Below are positions 42,518 through 54,827 of a stretch of DNA of 64,000 nt, piece after piece. Origin of the DNA: Planctomycetota bacterium (GTDB lineage Bacteria; Planctomycetota; UBA1135; UBA2386); assembly GCA_046290465.1 (NCBI GenBank), contig JBKAGP010000001.1:1888001-1952000 (forward strand), given 5' to 3'. The notes beneath the pieces are model-generated. The model searched no databases and was not told where the DNA came from. It saw nothing but the letters and a program-made list of their open reading frames with translations. The number at the start of each line of letters is the position of its first letter. Within the stretch, counting starts at the first letter, position 1. A program made the translations under genes and the position numbers.

Positions 42518-43060
42518 CTACCTCGGCTTGCCGCGCTGCACGCCGCCCATCTTGCCGACGATCGGCAGCTGCGCACGACGCGGCTCGCCGTCGGCGGTGA
42601 CGACCTCGGTGGCCAGCACGAAGTATTGGCCGAGCTTGATCTCGCGCCCGAGCGGGCGATCGAGGAAGAACGTCGCGCGCCAGCCGCCGTCGAGCGTGAC
42701 CGGCTTCATCGCGATGTAGGGCGCCATGTCGGGACCACCGGCCGCCGGGCCGTCGATCTGCCGCAGCAGCACCTCGCCGACGACGCTGTCCGGCGCGCCC
42801 GCGTCCGGGCCGAGCGCGACCGTCATCGACGCCTCGGTGCGGTTCTCGACGACCGCCAGCACGCGGGTGCGCTGGTCGTAGAGATCGATCGTGACCTCGG
42901 CGCCGTTCAGCGAACCGCCGAACTTGCCGTTGCCGAGCTGGCTCCAGTCCGACGTGCCGTCGAGCTCGTAGCGGAGCCAGGGACGCGGCGGCGGCGAATG
43001 GCAGGCGGTGAGCAGCAGCGCCAGCGCGCTCGCGACCCCCGTGCGGAAGAACATGACCAT
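42518..43060 (-). CDS. Hypothetical lipoprotein
   Basis: Lipobox LTAC; start may be 43054, 43060 or 43078. Confidence 0.7.
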   Translation of the reverse strand: MVMFFRTGVASALALLLTACHSPPPRPWLRYELDGTSDWSQLGNGKFGGSLNGAEVTIDLYDQRTRVLAVVENRTEASMTVALGPDAGAPDSVVGEVLLRQIDGPAAGGPDMAPYIAMKPVTLDGGWRATFFLDRPLGREIKLGQYFVLATEVVTADGEPRRAQLPIVGKMGGVQRGKPR

Positions 43061-43206
43061 CCGTCCGAAGCTAGACATCCGGGGCCCCCCGTCCAAGTCG
43101 CAGCCTTGCACCGCCGAACGGAAAACGTGCGCCGAGGTGCCCGCCACCAACGCAGAACGGCCGCCTGCATCGCTGCTGGCGGCCGTTCGGGGCTCCTCGC
43201 GGAGAT

Positions 43207-43282
43207 TGGAGCCGATGGTCAGACTCGAACTGACGACCTATGCTTTACGAAAGCATTGCTCTACCAACTGAGCTACATCGGC
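43207..43282 (-). tRNA. tRNA-Thr (anticodon CGT), encoded CCA
   Basis: Reverse complement GCCGATGTAGCTCAGTTGGTAGAGCAATGCTTTCGTAAAGCATAGGTCGTCAGTTCGAGTCTGACCATCGGCTCCA folds into a 76-nt cloverleaf. Confidence 0.97.
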
Positions 43283-43298
43283 CCGCTTGGGGCGGAGG

Positions 43299-43327
43299 AG
43301 AGTAGCCAGCTTATCGGCCGCCGTCCA
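43299..43327 (-). promoter_or_regulatory. Sigma70-type promoter for tRNA-Thr
   Basis: TGGACG-N17-TACTCT just upstream of the tRNA. Confidence 0.6.
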
Positions 43328-43453
43328 GCGCGTTTTGAAGGCCGGTTGCAGTTGCCGTCGCCGTGCGCGTCGCCCCCGGCCAACCCGGTCGGACGGACAA
43401 GGGGCACTCCCGCCAGCACCTGATGGGACCGATGCCTCGTGGCGGACCAGCCG

Positions 43454-43494
43454 GCTGGCGGGGACCGCTGGCAGGGACCGCTGGCAGGGACCGC
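43454..43494. repeat. 13-bp tandem repeat (gggaccgctggca, about 3 copies)
   Basis: Read directly from the sequence. Confidence 0.85.
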
Positions 43495-43495
43495 C

Positions 43496-43538
43496 ACGAA
43501 AGAGAACGGGCCGCGACGCCATGCGCCGCGGCCCGTTC
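43496..43538 (-). terminator. Probable intrinsic terminator of the HEAT-repeat gene
   Basis: 12-bp stem gaacgggccgcg/cgcggcccgttc followed on the minus strand by UCUUUC. Confidence 0.65.
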
Positions 43539-43583
43539 GTCCGAGTCTCAGGGAAGGGGCCAGAGGCCCCAGCGGCTTGCGCC

Positions 43584-45677
43584 CTAGCCTTCCGTGCTGC
43601 CGGCGATGCGCGCCAGCTTCTTCATCAGCTCGAGCTTCTTGTCGGCGCCGATCTTGGCCTTGCCGAGCGCGGCGGCGATCGCCGTGCGCAGGCCGACGTC
43701 GGTCGCGCTGTCCATCGCGCCCATCAGCCCGAGCGCGACGTTGTCCGGGCAGCTCGACATGCGGCCGAGGATGTTGCCGATCGCGGTCGCCGACGCCTTC
43801 TTGAGGTCGTCGCTGCCGCCCTCGAGCGCACCGAGCAGGGCCGTCAGCTGGCCTTCGCCACCCGACAGGCCGACCGCCATCGCGGCCGGGACGGCGACAC
43901 TGTCACTGCGGTTGAGCTGCAGCGCCAGGTTCTCGACGGCGGCGCCGATGTTGACCTTGCGGCTGGCGAGGTCGTGCAGCGCTGCGCTCGCCTTGCTGGC
44001 GTAGTCCTCGCGCTTGGCACCGGCGGCGTCCTCGACGCCTTCGAGCGCCGTGGCGACCGCGGCCTGCAGGTTCTCGGCCGACAGCGGCGCGGTGATGTAG
44101 CCGACCTCGTCGCCGAAGCGCTCGCTGGCCGCGTCCTGGTCCTTCGTGATGATCACGAACTTCGTGTTGCTGAAGCGGCCGTCCTTCTTCAGCACGCCGA
44201 TGACGTCTTCCGGCAGGCGGTCGGGCAGGATCTCGTTGATCACGACCACGTCGACGCTCGGGTTCGACAGCAGCGAGTTGATGGCGCCGAGCGCGGAGCT
44301 GGCTTCCTCGTAGTTGCGGCTGCGGTTCGCCTGGGCGATCGCGACCTGGCCCTTGGTGCTCTCCGGGGCGATGACCTGGATCGAGTTGACCCGCTCCTCG
44401 GTCACGGCCTGCGCCAGCGCGTTGACGACGCTCGACACGTTCGGCACGTCCGAGCCGTTGCTGGCGCGCACGATGGCCTCGGCGGCCGCGTACTTGATGC
44501 GCTTGTCGCTGCTGTTCAGCGCGTCGAGCAGCGTGCTGTTCTGGATGTCGCCGATGACCTCGGCGTCGGCCAGGGCCTCAATGGCGGGAACGGCGACGCC
44601 GGCCATGCCCTTCTTGACACCGGCCTCGAGCGCACCGCGCACCGAGTCGACGCCCGAGGCAATCGCGGCGATCTTCAGGTCGGCGGCGACCGGGCCCATC
44701 TCCGACGTGGCCTCGTCACCAGCCGCGATCGAGGTCTCGATCAGGTTGGCCTCGGCCAGGTTGGCGGCGGCCAGCGCGCTGCGGGCCTCGACGCTCGCCG
44801 GGGCAAGGCGCACGGCGTCCGAAGCGACCGACTTGGCCAGCTCGGCCGGGTAGAGCACCGCCGGCACGTCCGTCGCGACCAGCTGGTCGTCCTTCAGCGT
44901 CCAGACCACGTCGCTGAAGCCACCGACCGGGACGTTGCCCTTCAGGTAGTCCTCCGACTGCGCGAGCATCAGCGACAGCGCGTCGCCGTTCGCGTTCATC
45001 TTGCCGACGAACTTCTTGGCGATGGTCGCGATGTTGGCGCGGGCGTCGTTGGCGAGGTGCTTCATCATCGGCAGCGCGCGGGCGTCGCCGATCAGGTTGA
45101 GCGCGGCGGCGGCGTTCTGCACGGCCAGGTCGTTGCTGCTCTTCAGCGCTTCGATCAGCGGCAGCACGGCCACCGAGTGCAGCTGCGAGCAGACGCTGAT
45201 CGCGTGGATCTGCGCGTCCGGGGCATCGGCGTTGCCGAGCACCTTGAGCAGCGCCGGCACGGCGAACTCACCGTGGTTGCCGATCAGCTTGTTGATCGCG
45301 GCCTGACGGGTGCCGTAGTCGTTGCTCGCGTCGGTCGCGGTCTCGACCAGCGAGGCGATCTCGGCCTCGTCGCGCGAACGCTCACGCGAGACGGTCTTGG
45401 CGCGCTCGAGGATCGAGCGGGCGATCTTCTGCACGTCGCCCTTCTCGGTCATCAGCAGGAACCACTCGTCTTGCGAGACCGAGCGGTAGAGGTCGTGCGC
45501 CTCTTCATTGGACGGGTCGCCGGACAGGATCTCCTGCAGCTTGGCGACGGCTTCGTCCTTCTTGTCGATGCGCAGCAGGTTGACGGCCTCCTGCAGCGGG
45601 TTCTGCGCCAGGGCCGTGCCGCCGACGACGAAAGCGACGACGGCAGCCAGGAGAGACTGATGGAACGAGCGGGCCAT
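43584..45677 (-). CDS. Exported HEAT-repeat protein with a receiver-like segment
   Basis: Signal peptide ALA-Q; AVPALLKVL, AVLPLIEAL, AAAALNLIGDARALP repeats; strong codon bias. Confidence 0.85.
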   Translation of the reverse strand: MARSFHQSLLAAVVAFVVGGTALAQNPLQEAVNLLRIDKKDEAVAKLQEILSGDPSNEEAHDLYRSVSQDEWFLLMTEKGDVQKIARSILERAKTVSRERSRDEAEIASLVETATDASNDYGTRQAAINKLIGNHGEFAVPALLKVLGNADAPDAQIHAISVCSQLHSVAVLPLIEALKSSNDLAVQNAAAALNLIGDARALPMMKHLANDARANIATIAKKFVGKMNANGDALSLMLAQSEDYLKGNVPVGGFSDVVWTLKDDQLVATDVPAVLYPAELAKSVASDAVRLAPASVEARSALAAANLAEANLIETSIAAGDEATSEMGPVAADLKIAAIASGVDSVRGALEAGVKKGMAGVAVPAIEALADAEVIGDIQNSTLLDALNSSDKRIKYAAAEAIVRASNGSDVPNVSSVVNALAQAVTEERVNSIQVIAPESTKGQVAIAQANRSRNYEEASSALGAINSLLSNPSVDVVVINEILPDRLPEDVIGVLKKDGRFSNTKFVIITKDQDAASERFGDEVGYITAPLSAENLQAAVATALEGVEDAAGAKREDYASKASAALHDLASRKVNIGAAVENLALQLNRSDSVAVPAAMAVGLSGGEGQLTALLGALEGGSDDLKKASATAIGNILGRMSSCPDNVALGLMGAMDSATDVGLRTAIAAALGKAKIGADKKLELMKKLARIAGSTEG

Positions 45678-45817
45678 GGAAAGCGGACTCCTTAGGAGAT
45701 TCGGATGCGGTAGGGGTCTGGAGAGGGCTCGGACAGCAGTTACGGCACGCAGGGCGTTGGGACGGTTCGGCGCCGGAACTCCCTCGCCGCCACATCTGGG
45801 TCGGAAAGGGCTGTCGA

Positions 45818-45845
45818 ATGCTATGTTCCGTCGCTTTGCCGTCAA
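45818..45845 (-). promoter_or_regulatory. Sigma70-type promoter for the HEAT-repeat gene
   Basis: TTGACG-N16-TAGCAT. Confidence 0.5.
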
Positions 45846-46052
45846 GTGGACGACTCCACGTGGTTCGTATCCGAGGCAAGCTTACCCCCGGTTCGACCGG
45901 CTGCACGACCAGCCGAATGCGCGGAACCGCTCCTGCGGCGCCCGCCCCGATGGCACCGGCGATTCTGCCCGGCGACATTTCCACCGACCGTGCGGGAACG
46001 CCCCCTCGATCGCCGCTGACACCGTCCCCACAGGCGGCTACAACGAATCGCC

Positions 46053-47420
<1,368 letters not shown>

Positions 47421-47424
47421 GCGC

Positions 47425-47456
47425 GCCGGCCAACCTGCTGGCCGGCCAACCTACTG
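47425..47456. repeat. 16-bp tandem duplication (gccggccaacctgctg / gccggccaacctactg)
   Basis: Read directly in the convergent spacer. Confidence 0.8.
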
Positions 47457-47467
47457 GCCAGCCTGCC

Positions 47468-48412
47468 CTACTCGGCAGACGTCGGCAGCTTGATCTTCTG
47501 ACCGACCTTCAGGCGGTCGGTGTTGAGACGCGGGTTCAGCTTCTTGACCCGCTCGATCATGCTCGGAACCTTGTTGGTCGGGAAGCGGCTCGACAGCAGC
47601 TTCCAGAGCATGTCGCCCGACTGGATCTCGTACAGCTCGAAGCCCGTCGCGGCCGACCCGCCTGCGGGCGAACCTGCGGGCGAACCCGTCGGCGCACCCG
47701 AACCCGGCAGGTTGAGGCGACCGCTCTCGGCGACGGACGGCGTGCGGTAGCCGGGACCGGCGGCAGCCGGACCGGGCGTGCCGGACGGAGCCGGCTGGCC
47801 GCTCGGCTGGTTCGTCAGCAGCCGCGTCGGGTTCTGCTCGACGACGCGCGACGGGGCCTGCTCGGCCTCGTGCAGCGTCAGCAGGATCTCGTCCTCGACC
47901 CACGGGACCGCGACTTCCTGGCCTTCGCGCAGCATGCGCGTGGTCTCGTTGAGCATGATCGTCTCTTCGAGGAACGGGTCGCGCTTGCCGCACCAGCGGC
48001 GCACCAGCGTCTCGAACGAGTCGCCCGGGCGCGCGTTGACGAAGCGCACGTTGTGGTCCTTGCGGTAGGTGCCGATGCGCTGCTGCACGAGCGCGCTCGG
48101 GCTCGGCGCGGTGGCGCGCAGCGGCTGCTCGCTCGGCGTGACCTGCGGCCCGCTGAGGCCGGTCGCCGACGGCCCTTGGGTGCCGGACCGACCGCGCTCG
48201 CCGTTCGCTTCACCCGACCTGCCGCCGTTCTGGTCCCCGCCGTTCTGGTCGTTCTGGCCAGCCGGGTTGAGGATCTCGTTCAGGCTGGTGCCGCCCTTCT
48301 CGTCCTTCTGGCCGGCGTTGGCGGGATCGCCACCGAACACGACCGCGATGACCAGGATCAGGGCCAGGAAACCCGTGACCGCGTAGACCAACAACCGTTC
48401 GTTCTGCTTCAT
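47468..48412 (-). CDS. Membrane-anchored LysM-domain protein (two LysM-like modules)
   Basis: N-terminal [11 protein letters not shown]...[10 protein letters not shown] and [12 protein letters not shown]...[10 protein letters not shown]. Confidence 0.85.
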   Translation of the reverse strand: MKQNERLLVYAVTGFLALILVIAVVFGGDPANAGQKDEKGGTSLNEILNPAGQNDQNGGDQNGGRSGEANGERGRSGTQGPSATGLSGPQVTPSEQPLRATAPSPSALVQQRIGTYRKDHNVRFVNARPGDSFETLVRRWCGKRDPFLEETIMLNETTRMLREGQEVAVPWVEDEILLTLHEAEQAPSRVVEQNPTRLLTNQPSGQPAPSGTPGPAAAGPGYRTPSVAESGRLNLPGSGAPTGSPAGSPAGGSAATGFELYEIQSGDMLWKLLSSRFPTNKVPSMIERVKKLNPRLNTDRLKVGQKIKLPTSAE

Positions 48413-48607
48413 GCTGCCCTCCGGTCGGAGTCGTTCCGACCTGACCGTTTGGACGGGCGAACGGCTTCTTGCGAGAGCTACCCGCAGTTGACCGAGCCGT
48501 GGCCGCGTCCCTTGCCTCTTGGATCCAGTAGACGTCGCCGGGATGACCGCCCTGCGACGCCGCGGATGTTACGGCAACTACGCCCCACCGCCAAGCACCG
48601 GCCAGAG

Positions 48608-49345
48608 TTACTTGCCGTCGTCGCTCGGACGAGCCGGCTTCGGCGGCGCGTGCTCGACCACCTTGGTGCCGTCGGGCACCTCGAGTTCGGCCGACGGCGG
48701 GTCCTTCGGGTTCGGCCGCAGCTTCAGCAGTTCGATCTCGACCAGGTCGCCGCCGCGGTCGCGGTAGGCCACCGAACGCAGCGCTCCGGTCTCGGCATGC
48801 AGCGTAACTTGCAGCTCGGCGACCCGCCGCCGCACCTGCTCGTCGCGTGGCTGCAGGCGCACCCGCGCCAGCGATCGCTCGGCGACGTCGTCGCAGGCGA
48901 CGATGCGGAAGTCGCGCAGCAGGCGGTCGACGTCGCCACCGATCGCCGCGAACAGGCCGTTGGCCAGCTCCGGGCCACCGAGCAGGAACCGCTCGACGCG
49001 CTTCCGCCGTGGCCGGTAGACCTGGTAGTGCTTCGCGGTCAACTGCACGACCGACGGCCGTGGCTTCTTGGCACGGAACATGACGCAGCCGGGATCGCGC
49101 ACGAACAAGAACGCCCCACTGCTGCGCAGCGGCTTCTTCGACAGCGCCGTGGTGCGGCGCTGCACGTAGTCAGCGACCAGGACCCGCACGTCCGCACTGC
49201 GTTTGCCGTGGGCGCGCAGCAGCCGTTCGGCGCGCTCGCCCGCGGACTCCTTCGCCGGCACATCTGGAGCCGGCGCGGGCGGCGTCTCCCCTTGCTGGGC
49301 GGACAGCGACAGCGGCAGCAGCAACAGGCAGAGGGTGCGCATCAT
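48608..49345 (-). CDS. LolA-like outer-membrane lipoprotein carrier-fold protein
   Basis: Signal peptide; ADYVQRR...[31 protein letters not shown] pattern; ATGA coupling to upstream gene. Confidence 0.7.
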   Translation of the reverse strand: MMRTLCLLLLPLSLSAQQGETPPAPAPDVPAKESAGERAERLLRAHGKRSADVRVLVADYVQRRTTALSKKPLRSSGAFLFVRDPGCVMFRAKKPRPSVVQLTAKHYQVYRPRRKRVERFLLGGPELANGLFAAIGGDVDRLLRDFRIVACDDVAERSLARVRLQPRDEQVRRRVAELQVTLHAETGALRSVAYRDRGGDLVEIELLKLRPNPKDPPSAELEVPDGTKVVEHAPPKPARPSDDGK

Positions 49346-50655
49346 CGTTCGAGCATCGGTTCGGGGGCCGCGGTGTCGAGCTCGACGGCCGCGCCGTGGT
49401 CCAGGCGCGGCACCAGCTCGTAGCGCTCCTGCAGGCGACCCAGCAGGAAGAACAGCCTCAGGCGCAGGCGATCGAGCGGACCGAGGTCGAAGCCGCCGGC
49501 CAGCACGCGGGTGACGGCGCGGTCGATGCCGAGGATGCGCCGCGGATGGAATAACAGGTCGCGCACCGCAGGATCGTAGAAGCCGGTGACGAACCGCCGC
49601 ACGAACGCGTAGCGGCGCTGCAGCGTGCGCTGGTAGCGGGCGCGCGCCCGCCGCGGGTCGGCGCGTCGCGAGAGCCAGCCGCGTTCGCACGCGTCGGCCG
49701 CTTCGACGCCGCTCTGCAGCGCCATCTGCACGCCGGTCGACCAGACCGGGTCGAGGAACGAGCCGGCGTCGCCGGCGAGCAACCAGCGATCGCCGCAGTA
49801 ACGTTCGGCGCGGTAGCTGAAGCCGCTCTCGGCGCGGAACGGCGTGACCCGCTCGGCGTGGCCGAGCAGCACGGTCGCGACCGGCGACGACGCGACCGAG
49901 CGATCGAAGATCGCCTGCAGGTCGCCCTTGTCCTGCCGTCGGTAGTCGGCGAGGTCGAGCACCACGCCGACGCTGGTCAGGTCGTCGCCGATCGGGATCC
50001 ACCACATCCAACCGAGCTCGGGCAGCACCGAGATGCGGGTGTCGGCCGCGCGTCGGCCGTCGTCGCGGCGCACGCCGCGGAAGTGCGCGTAGACGCTGGC
50101 CTTCTTCAGGTCCGGATCGGGCACGCGCACGCCTTCGCCGCGCGCGACCAGGCCGGCCCGCCCGCTGGCATCGACGATCGCCGCGGCGCGCGCCTGCCGC
50201 TGCCGCCCGTCGTCGCCGACGTGGGTCACCGTGACCCCTTCGGCGTCGATCGCGTAGCCACGCGCGCGGGCCTGCACCACGTCGGCGCCCAACTCGCGCA
50301 CGTGCTCGAGCATCAGCTGGTCGAACTCGGCGCGCGGCACCTGCACGGTCTCGCTCGGATGGATGCGCTTCTCGGCGAAGTCGAACACGACCTTGCGTCC
50401 GCCACAGCTGCTCAGCAGCTGCGCGCCGCGCTTGGGGTGGAAGCCGGCGGCGCGCACCTTGTCGGCGACGCCGATCTCGTCGAACACATGGTTGCCGAGC
50501 GGCAGCAGCGACTCGCCGACGTGGAACCGCGGGAACCGTTCGCTCTCGAGCACCAGCACCGAGCGGCCGAGGCGCCGCAGCCGGCCGGCGGCGGCGGCGC
50601 CGGCGGGGCCGCCCCCCACCACCACGACGTCGTGCTGCGACGGGTGCTGCATCAC
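49342..50655 (-). CDS. Flavin-dependent halogenase-family oxidoreductase
   Basis: [25 protein letters not shown] (Lys at putative catalytic position), [20 protein letters not shown]. Confidence 0.8.
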   Translation of the reverse strand: MMQHPSQHDVVVVGGGPAGAAAAGRLRRLGRSVLVLESERFPRFHVGESLLPLGNHVFDEIGVADKVRAAGFHPKRGAQLLSSCGGRKVVFDFAEKRIHPSETVQVPRAEFDQLMLEHVRELGADVVQARARGYAIDAEGVTVTHVGDDGRQRQARAAAIVDASGRAGLVARGEGVRVPDPDLKKASVYAHFRGVRRDDGRRAADTRISVLPELGWMWWIPIGDDLTSVGVVLDLADYRRQDKGDLQAIFDRSVASSPVATVLLGHAERVTPFRAESGFSYRAERYCGDRWLLAGDAGSFLDPVWSTGVQMALQSGVEAADACERGWLSRRADPRRARARYQRTLQRRYAFVRRFVTGFYDPAVRDLLFHPRRILGIDRAVTRVLAGGFDLGPLDRLRLRLFFLLGRLQERYELVPRLDHGAAVELDTAAPEPMLER

Positions 50656-52311
50656 CTAGCCGCCGAGGTCGACGTCGTTCTCCTGCGCGAACTTCTGCGC
50701 CTCTTCGTAGCCGGCGTCGGCGTGGCGCACGATGCCCATGCCCGGATCACAGGTGAACACGCGCTGGATCCGCGCGGCCGCCTCGGGCGTGCCGTCGGCG
50801 ACGGTGACCTGGCCGGCGTGGATCGACTTGCCCATGCCGACACCGCCGCCGTGGTGCAGCGACACCCAGGTCGCGCCCGACGCGACCGCCAGCATGCCGT
50901 TGAGCAGCGGCCAGTCGGCGATCATGTCCGAGCCGTCCTTCATCGCCTCGGTCTCGCGATACGGCGACGCCACCGAACCGCAGTCGAGGTGGTCGCGGCC
51001 GAACACGATCGGCGCCGAGATCTCGCCCTTGCCGATCAGCTCGTTGACCGCCAGACCGAACCGGGCGCGCTCGCCGTAGCCGAGCCACAGGATGCGCGAC
51101 GGCAGTCCCTGCCACGCGATCTTCTGCTGCGCCTTCTCGATCCACGTGCACAGCGACTCGTTGTCGCCGAACATCTCCAGCGCCAGCTGGTCGGTGCGCG
51201 CGATGTCCTTGGGATCGCCACTCAGCGCGACCCAGCGGAACGGACCGCGACCGTGGCAGAACAGCGGCCGGATGTACTCCGGGATGAAGCCCGGGATCCG
51301 GAACGCCTCGGCGACGCCGTGGTCGCGCGCCTCGGTGCGGATGTTGTTGCCGTAGTCGAACGTGATCGCGCCCTTCTCCTGCAGCTCGAGCATCAGCGAC
51401 ACGTGCCTCGCGCAGGTGCGGCCCGACTCCTCGAGGTACTTCTTCGGATCGCGCTCGCGCAGTTCGTTGGCCTGTTCGACGGTCATGCCGTCGGGCACGT
51501 AGCCGACGAGCATGTCGTGCGCCGAGGTCTGGTCGGTCAGCATGTCCGGCACCACGCCGGCGTCGCGGATCGTCTCGAGCAGCTCGGTCGCGTTGCAGCA
51601 GACGCCGATCGACCACGGCTCGCCGGCCGCCGCCCGCCGCTGCGCCGCCGCCAGCGCCTGCTTCGGGTCGTCGATCCGTTCGTCGAGGTAGCGGGTCTCG
51701 AGGCGCTTGTCGATGCGCCAGCCCTCGACGTCGGCCGCGAGGCAGACACCGCCGGCCATCGTGATCGCGAGCGGCTGCGCGCCGCCCATGCCGCCGAGTC
51801 CGGCGGTGACCACCAGCTTGCCCTTCAGATCGCTGCCGTAGTGCTGCTTGCCGGCGGCGACGAACGTCTCGTAGGTGCCCTGCACGATCCCCTGGCTGCC
51901 GATGTAGATCCAGCTGCCGGCGGTCATCTGGCCGTACATGATCAGCCCGAGCTTGTCGAGACGGCGGAACTCGTCCCAGTTGGCCCAGTCGCCGACCAGG
52001 TTGCTGTTGGCGATCAGCACGCGCGGCGCGTCGGCATGCGAACGGAACACGCCGACGCACTTGCCGGACTGCACCAGCATGGTCTCGTCGGGCTGCAGGC
52101 GACGCAGCGTCGCGAGGATCTTCTGCAGCGCCTCCGGGTTGCGCGCCGCCTTGCCGAGACCGCCGTAGACGATCAGCTTCTCCGGATCCTCGGCGACCTC
52201 CGGATCGAGGTTGTTCTGCACCATCCGGTAGGCAGCTTCGATCTGCCAGTTGGCGCACGTCAGGTCAGTGCCCCGGGGGGCGCGGTAGCCAGTCGTTCCG
52301 GTCGCGGTCAT
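50656..52311 (-). CDS. hutU: Urocanate hydratase
   Basis: [56 protein letters not shown]. Confidence 0.97.
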   Translation of the reverse strand: MTATGTTGYRAPRGTDLTCANWQIEAAYRMVQNNLDPEVAEDPEKLIVYGGLGKAARNPEALQKILATLRRLQPDETMLVQSGKCVGVFRSHADAPRVLIANSNLVGDWANWDEFRRLDKLGLIMYGQMTAGSWIYIGSQGIVQGTYETFVAAGKQHYGSDLKGKLVVTAGLGGMGGAQPLAITMAGGVCLAADVEGWRIDKRLETRYLDERIDDPKQALAAAQRRAAAGEPWSIGVCCNATELLETIRDAGVVPDMLTDQTSAHDMLVGYVPDGMTVEQANELRERDPKKYLEESGRTCARHVSLMLELQEKGAITFDYGNNIRTEARDHGVAEAFRIPGFIPEYIRPLFCHGRGPFRWVALSGDPKDIARTDQLALEMFGDNESLCTWIEKAQQKIAWQGLPSRILWLGYGERARFGLAVNELIGKGEISAPIVFGRDHLDCGSVASPYRETEAMKDGSDMIADWPLLNGMLAVASGATWVSLHHGGGVGMGKSIHAGQVTVADGTPEAAARIQRVFTCDPGMGIVRHADAGYEEAQKFAQENDVDLGG

Positions 52312-52361
52312 GCCGGCTAGCGTCGCGCGCGCGCCACCCGACTGCAAGCTGCGCGGCCCGT

Positions 52362-53888
52362 CTACACAGCCAACGGCCCGACCTTCTTCTCGACCGCCGT
52401 GACCAGCGTGCCGTCGGTGATGACCAACTCTGCCTCCTTCAGGTCGGGCGCCAGGTAGCGGTCGCCCTCGAGCCCGTCGACGCGACGCCGCAGCGCCCGG
52501 TAGGCGGCGGCGACGCCGACGCCCGGCTTGAGTTTGTCGCCGAGGTCGAGGCCCTGCGCCGCGCACAGCAGCTCGATGCCGAGCACCTTGGCGGTGTTGG
52601 CCATGACCCGGTCGGCGTGGCGCGCGGCGGTCACGCCCATCGAGACGTGGTCCTCGCGGTTGGCGCTGGTCGGCACGGTGTCGACGCTGGCCGGGTGCGC
52701 CAGGGTCTTGTTCTCGCTGGCGAGCGACGCGGCGACCACCTGCGGGATCATGAACCCCGACTCGAGGCCCGGGTTCTTGGCCAGGAACGGCGGCAGGCCG
52801 GAGATGTCCGGGTTGACCAGCTGCTCGACGCGACGTTCGCTGATGTTGGCCAGCGTGGTGACCGCGATCTTGCAGAAGTCGAGCGCCTGGCTGACCGGCT
52901 GGCCGTGGAAGTTGCCGGCCGAGATCACGTCGCCCTCGAACACCAGCGGGTTGTCGGTGACCGAGTTGGCCTCGGTGACCAGCACGTCGAGCGCGTAGCG
53001 CACGCCGTCCTTGGCGGCGCCGTGCACCTGCGGCGAACAGCGCAGCGAGTAGGCGTCCTGCACCTTGGTGCAGTCCTTGTGGCTCGGCACCACCGCGCTG
53101 TCCTGCAGCAGCGCGCGCAGGTTGGCGGCGGTCGCGATCTGGCCCTCGTGCGGCCGCACCTCGTGCACGCGCGGATCGAACGGCCGTTCGCTGCCGCGCA
53201 GTGCCTCGACCGTCATCGCGCAGGTGATGTCCGCGGTGCGGCACAGCCGCATCGCCTGGTCGACGACCAGGCAGCCGATCGCGGTCATGATCTGGGTGCC
53301 GTTGATCAGTGCCAGGCCCTCCTTCTCGGCCAGCTCGATCGGCTTGCGCTTCAGCTTCTTCAGCGCCGCGGCTCCGGAGAGGACCTTGCCGTCGCAGTGC
53401 ACCTCGCCGCAGCCGATCAGCGGCAGCGCCATGTGGCTCAGCGGCGCCAGGTCGCCGCTCGCCCCGACCGAACCCTGCGACGGGATCACCGGGATCAGGT
53501 CCGCGTTCCACAGCGCGATCGCCTGGTCGATCAACTTGCGGCGCACGCCGGAGCTGCCGAGCGCGAGGTTGTGGATGCGCAGCGCGAACGCCAGCCGACT
53601 CTGTTCGATCGTCAGCGGCTCGCCGACGCCGGTCGCGTGGCTCAGCAGCAGGTTCTTCTGCAGCTGGCCGAGCTGCTCGTCGGCGATCCGCACGCCGGCC
53701 AGCTTGCCGAAGCCGGTGTTGATGCCGTACATCGTGGCGCCCTTGGCGACCGCGTCGTCGACGATCGCGCGACAGGCGTCGACGGCCTCCTTGCTGGCCG
53801 GGGTCAGCGCGATGCGGTTCTTGGGACGGCTCAGCGCGACGAGCGTCGCGAGCGGGAGGTCGGGTTCACCGAGCAGGATCTTGGCCAC
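52362..53888 (-). CDS. hutH: Histidine ammonia-lyase
   Basis: [13 protein letters not shown] (HAL-type specificity), [12 protein letters not shown] (MIO), [15 protein letters not shown]. Confidence 0.95.
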   Translation of the reverse strand: MAKILLGEPDLPLATLVALSRPKNRIALTPASKEAVDACRAIVDDAVAKGATMYGINTGFGKLAGVRIADEQLGQLQKNLLLSHATGVGEPLTIEQSRLAFALRIHNLALGSSGVRRKLIDQAIALWNADLIPVIPSQGSVGASGDLAPLSHMALPLIGCGEVHCDGKVLSGAAALKKLKRKPIELAEKEGLALINGTQIMTAIGCLVVDQAMRLCRTADITCAMTVEALRGSERPFDPRVHEVRPHEGQIATAANLRALLQDSAVVPSHKDCTKVQDAYSLRCSPQVHGAAKDGVRYALDVLVTEANSVTDNPLVFEGDVISAGNFHGQPVSQALDFCKIAVTTLANISERRVEQLVNPDISGLPPFLAKNPGLESGFMIPQVVAASLASENKTLAHPASVDTVPTSANREDHVSMGVTAARHADRVMANTAKVLGIELLCAAQGLDLGDKLKPGVGVAAAYRALRRRVDGLEGDRYLAPDLKEAELVITDGTLVTAVEKKVGPLAV

Positions 53889-53897
53889 GCGCCGAAC

Positions 53898-54827
53898 CTA
53901 CCCACCCGCCTGCCACGCCGCCACGCGCAAGTGCTCGAGCCACTGCGCGGCCGAGAACATGCCGATCGGCCCGCCGTCCGGCGAACCGGCCAGCGCGAAC
54001 AGGATCTCGGTCGCCGCCTTGTGCAGGTCGGGATCCGGCTCGGCCAGCAGGTGCCAGACCGGCAGCGTGTCCTGCGGCCGCATGCAGACCGCCCCGATCT
54101 TGCGCACCAGCGCGACCCGTTCTTCGGCCGCGACCTTGGCGTGGCGCAGTTCGTCGAAGCGATCGAACAGCTTCTGCAGCTGCATCGAGGCGTCGAGGAA
54201 CATCGGCGTGCCGAGGCCGTCGGCGTCGAGCCTGGCGATCGCGCCGGCCGGCACGAACACCTCGCGGTCGCGGTCGCCGAAGGTCACCGCGCCCTCGGTC
54301 ACGTAGACGCGCTGGCCCCCGTCGGCGCCGACGTGCAGTTCGTAGCGACAGCCCTGGTCGACGACGGTCGCACCGGGCGTGTCGACGACGAAGAACCGCG
54401 GCGGCACCGCCGGCGGCGGCGCGACCTTGGCGACCATGCCGCCGCGCTGCAGCCGGAAGCGCAGCTCGTCGCGCCGCCAGTGCACGAACGTCAGCTCGCT
54501 GCCGGCGGCGAGTTCGATCGAGATGCGGTCGTCGACCACGACCGTGCGCGGTTCCTTGCCGGCGACGATCCGGCACGACGGCGCGCCTTCGCAGATCGGC
54601 GCGTCGTCGACCAGCCACCACGACAGCAACAGGGCGGCGGCAGCGGCCACCAGCAGCCACGGCCAGCGGCGGGGCGAGCGGACCGGCGCCGCATCGAGCA
54701 CGCGCTCGCTCGGCGCCGACGCGTGGCGCAGCGGCCGCAGCGCGCGCTCGAGCGCGACGATCTCCGGATCGGGCGGCGCCGACGGATCGTGCAGGTAGTC
54801 GTCGTGGCTCGAGTCACCGTGGCTCAC
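53898..54827 (-). CDS. FecR-like transmembrane anti-sigma factor
   Basis: Single TM, FVVDTPGATVVDQG, VTEGAV; GTGA coupling to the sigma gene. Confidence 0.8.
   Translation of the reverse strand: MSHGDSSHDDYLHDPSAPPDPEIVALERALRPLRHASAPSERVLDAAPVRSPRRWPWLLVAAAAALLLSWWLVDDAPICEGAPSCRIVAGKEPRTVVVDDRISIELAAGSELTFVHWRRDELRFRLQRGGMVAKVAPPPAVPPRFFVVDTPGATVVDQGCRYELHVGADGGQRVYVTEGAVTFGDRDREVFVPAGAIARLDADGLGTPMFLDASMQLQKLFDRFDELRHAKVAAEERVALVRKIGAVCMRPQDTLPVWHLLAEPDPDLHKAATEILFALAGSPDGGPIGMFSAAQWLEHLRVAAWQAGG

Noticed and set aside
43150..43282. tRNA-Thr 3' end as an integration site
   Set aside because: No integrase nearby, no duplicated tRNA 3' end seen, no compositional shift
43454..43494. Short direct repeats here and at 57015-57056 as mini-CRISPR arrays
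   Set aside because: Units are directly adjacent with no spacers, and there are no cas genes
45951..45968. TGGCAC as a sigma-54 -24 element upstream of the activator gene
   Set aside because: No GC at the required GG-N10-GC spacing
52362..53888. Ammonia-lyase as a Tyr/Phe ammonia-lyase of an aryl polyene cluster
   Set aside because: SH specificity residues and adjacent hutU indicate histidase; no KS/ACP genes present
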